From: Octopus vulgaris
Lineage: Eukaryota
DNA length: 64,000 bases
Direction: 5' to 3'
Assembly: GCA_951406725.2 (NCBI GenBank)
Contig: OX597825.1
Coordinates: 54,622,001-54,686,000, forward strand
Under the pieces are notes generated by a model. That model made no database searches and was not told where the DNA came from. It was given only the letters and a program-made list of their open reading frames with translations. A program made the position numbers and the translations under genes. The first letter of the stretch is position 1, and every line of letters starts with the position of its first letter. Shown here in pieces: positions 60,526-64,000 of this stretch.

Positions 60526-60690
60526 GGCGCAGGAGTGGCTGTGTGGTAAAAAGCCTGCTTTCTAACCCCATGGTCCTGGGTTCGATCCCACTGCGTGGCA
60601 CCTTGGACATGTGTCTTCTAATATAGCCTTGGACTGACCAAAGCCTTGTGAGTGGATTTGATAGACGGAAACTGAAAGAAGCCCAGGGTA
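60526..60690 (+). mobile_element. SINE family A 5' half
   Basis: ggcgcaggagtggctgtgtggt...gggttcgatcccactgcgtggcaccttgg. Confidence 0.85.
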
Positions 60691-60826
60691 TATATATATA
60701 TATATATATATATAGGCACACACACATATATAATGCAAGCGCTAATATATGATTTATAAAAACATGTGACATATTAATAAAAATCTGTAAGTATAAAGCC
60801 ATCCAGATTTCTGAAGAACTTATTTC

Positions 60827-60904
<78 letters not shown>

Positions 60905-60908
<4 letters not shown>

Positions 60909-61120
60909 TAATCCAAACAAGAAAACACAGAAAAAAAAGAGAAAAAAACACAGCAACGCAGGACGTGGAACAATTAAAGTATTATTGACGCTCAGGAAAG
61001 AAGGGAAGGAGGGTTTAACGTTTCGAGCGGAGCTCTTCGTCGGAAACAAGGAGAAGGAAAGATCCCAAGGAGGGAAGACAGAGGAGAAAATATTTGAGCT
61101 GGTAGTGCTCAAGAGATCAC
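60905..61120 (-). mobile_element. Solo PLE terminal-repeat fragment in (TA)n
   Basis: Homologous to 12082-12270; TA tracts on both sides. Confidence 0.8.
61013..61047 (-). ncRNA. Minimal hammerhead-like motif
   Basis: Minus strand GTTT-CCGACGA-A-GAGC(TCC)GCTC-GAAAC-GTT-AAAC, stems I and II fully paired. Confidence 0.62.
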
Positions 61121-61186
<66 letters not shown>

Positions 61187-61193
61187 TGGGTGT

Positions 61194-62097
61194 ATTAGCT
61201 GACGTACCCGGTAATTCGCGGGAAAGCGGCGCTTATCCTTTAGTTCCGTTCTCATAATTGTTTCGCTAATCCAATAACAACAATACAAAATATGTAGCCT
61301 TTAAAACGATTTTTGTGCATTTATTAAGAATACCGAACTAAGACAGTTCTTGTTTTTTAGGGATTCGCAATAAGTTATGAATACCCAAATTGTGAAGCCG
61401 GTTACGTAATAAAATGAAATTAGTTACCCGATAGTAAGAATTCAAATAAAGTAACCCCGACAAGGTCTTTAGTGTGTTTCCAGCGTATATAGAACATAGG
61501 AGGAAGTACTAAGTTATGTATACTAAATCATGAAGCAGTTTACGAAATAACAGGCTAATCAGGTATCAGATAATAACAATTCAAAATAAATAACTCTGAA
61601 AAGGGCTTTTGTGTGTTCCCAGAGAATATTATCCGGAGTGGCGCTAGTGTTGGTATATTCGTGAATAAGTCACCAACCGAAATAAGTGGATCTATTGTTT
61701 AGGAAAATACTATTTACTTGTTTAAAGGCTGTACTGGATATATTCTGAAAATAACTCTAACAGTTCAAATACTAAGAAATAAGCATACTGAATTTGATTT
61801 ATACCAAATGATTTAGGAAAATGAATGGGTTATTTCCCTTAGCAATTAAAATCTGGCCGATTGGATCATTTCCCTTGGCTGTTAAAATCTGCGTTAATGG
61901 GTTATTTCCCATGGCTGTTAAAATGAAATAGCCCTATTATCGATTTTTTTTTTCAACAATCTGAGTATGCCATGAAGTTTCCACACATGAGTTCTATTCA
62001 CACTTAAAGTTTCATCAAAATCGATAAAATGGCGTAGGAGGAGTTACCTAACAACTCCACAAACGCACACACACACAGAATCTCCCACATATGTAGT
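61194..62097 (+). mobile_element. Non-autonomous Helitron-like element with three ~36-bp internal repeats
   Basis: 5' tagctgacgtacccggtaattcgcggg; 3' aaagtttcatcaaaatcg...acacacacaga; repeats at 61826-61925. Confidence 0.55.
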
Positions 62098-62109
62098 AAA
62101 TCTGTTATT

Positions 62110-62232
62110 TGTGTCACTTAGCGGTTCGGCAAAAAGGGACCGATAGAATAAGCACTAGTCCTGGGGTCGATTTGTTCGACTAAAAGCGATGTTCCAGCAT
62201 GACGGCAGTCAAATGGCTGAAACAAAGAAAAG
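62110..62232 (+). mobile_element. SINE family A 3' fragment
   Basis: cttagcggttcggcaaaaagggaccgatagaataagc. Confidence 0.8.
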
Positions 62233-62255
62233 AACACACACACACACACACACAC

Positions 62256-62329
<74 letters not shown>

Positions 62330-62614
62330 CAATATCAGTATATGATTATCAGAAATATGCTAAACAAAACCATAATTAACTGCTGCTTCTGTATTTTCTT
62401 TTACCTAAAATCAGGAAGTTTTCAATACCCCTTTCTATATGTATGTATATGCATGCACACACACATATATTGAGCGAGATCGATAGATGTGCATATGCAT
62501 ATGCATATGTGTAAGCATGTATGCATTTATGTACGTACATGTGTTTCTATGTTACTAACTATTTTCATATTCTTGTTTTTCATCTTTGTGTTTGCTTGTT
62601 TTTTTTTACCACAG

Positions 62615-62767
62615 TGCCACCAACAATAATCAGTCATTTGTCCAGTACAGATATGGAGGTACGAGAAGGTGACACAGTTACATTAATATGCAATGTTACT
62701 GGTATTCCACACCCAAACGTCACGTGGTATCGACAATCAGCCAGTAATGACTATTCTACAATGGAAA
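62615..62767 (+). CDS. Next exon of the same Ig-domain gene (first half of the following Ig domain)
   Basis: tttttttaccacag|TG; (V)PPTIISHLSSTDMEVREGDTVTLICNVTGIPHPNVTWYRQSASNDYSTME; donor A|gtaagt; phase 1 matches the upstream exon to give KVV-VPPTI. Confidence 0.92.
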
Positions 62768-63921
62768 GTAAGTGCTTCAGATTTTGATTAAAACGACTTG
62801 ATAGCATGCTGTTTTTGACACCTGTATATACATCTACGTGCATGTGTCGTAAGTGTGTATGTATGTATGTATGTATGTTTTTTAGTTTTCCTTAGCCATC
62901 ATATCTAAGGCCAATACAGCACACTGCCATTTCATGTGTGTGTGCGTATAAGAGTGTGTATGCGTGTATAAGAATGTGTGTAGGAGTATAAGAATGTGTG
63001 TATAAGAGTGTGTGGGGTGCGTGTGTATGCATGTGCACGTGTGTGTGTATGTGTGTGCATCAGATTTTATCAATGTTGAAATGAAAATACGAATGCATTC
63101 TAGTTTTCTCTTTCTTTTTCGCATGAGTCCCAGCCGTTTGTTAGGAATGGTAACACTCCACCAAACCATCGCCTCCTTGTCTTGATATACTGAACGAAGT
63201 GGCGTTGGCTAGGTTCTAGCTTCTCTAGAACAGACGAACTTAATGTGATTGGAGTAGACTTTTCCGCCTGCATTTCAATTATTAACTATTGGTGCGCATT
63301 TCTGTTACTAGCCGGCGTGTTTTATCCGTTTGCAATATAGTGTGCTACCAGCATTGTTTAATCATAAATCCTCCACATTCCTCGGGAATTCTATATACTA
63401 TACAGAAATTATTTACTAACCTTTTCCTATGTAGGGTCTTATGCTGTGTGACGCAATGCATTATTATTGTCGCTTACAAGTAAACCGTCGTGAAAGTATA
63501 TTATGACATTTGGAGTCATGAAGTTTCCAACCCTCACACTAACAAAAGGGTTTATCAGTTTCATTGTTTGTTTTTAACTTCTTACCAGGTTACGTTTCAA
63601 CACTATATTTAAATTTAATGGTGATATTTAATCTAATACTAATGTATCATCAACAATAATAAAATAATAAAACAATAGCACAGTTCTGTTTTCAATACAA
63701 AATATATAAGTGTATGTACGCATGGAATATAGATATGTATGCAAATGTACAGCTATATATATATAAGTGTATCTAAAACACACACACATATATATATGTA
63801 CACACATATATATGTATATAAGTGTGTGTGCGCGTGTGTTTGTGTGCTTGTACATGTGTGTGTGTGACTGTATATCTTATAAATGGAAAATAAACGGTAG
63901 TTGGTCCTTGGTTACTTATGC

Positions 63922-64000
63922 TAAATTCCCCCAAGACATCTGATGAAGGCTGAAGGGTATATCAGCCGAAACGTTGTATTAACAACAAACAAGATGAGGA
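63922..64000 (+). mobile_element. Second (5'-truncated) copy of the hammerhead-bearing element body
   Basis: GACAT-CTGATGA-A-GGCTGA(agggtata)TCAGCC-GAAAC-GTT-GTATT then aacaacaaacaagatg as at 7689. Confidence 0.75.

Overview
Repeat-saturated, AT-rich eukaryotic DNA. The SINE types and microsatellite load suggest a coleoid cephalopod such as Octopus (inference, not verified). The only host-gene sequence I can support is two phase-compatible + strand exons (22812-23016 and 62615-62767) of an Ig-domain cell-adhesion gene (lachesin/DIP/IgLON-like), separated by a 39.6-kb intron. The rest is transposon-derived: a nest of R4/Dong-type RLE retroelements plus a ~450-bp non-coding element in (AAT)n tracts (1-5980); two CR1-group LINEs with long open ORFs; at least three Penelope-like elements (PLEs) and several PLE terminal fragments at (TA)n tracts; a decayed Gypsy element; several mariner copies and MITEs; Helitron-like elements; and several SINE families. 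The most striking unannotated signal is a set of minimal hammerhead-ribozyme-like motifs (core-stem II-GAAAC-GUH) with covarying stems. They occur at PLE ends, in short fold-back elements, and inside a tRNA-headed SINE-like element (7466-7765; second copy at the window end). That element is a candidate Pol III ribozyme-bearing retroelement possibly mobilised by PLEs. All structures were read by eye; nothing was computed or searched.
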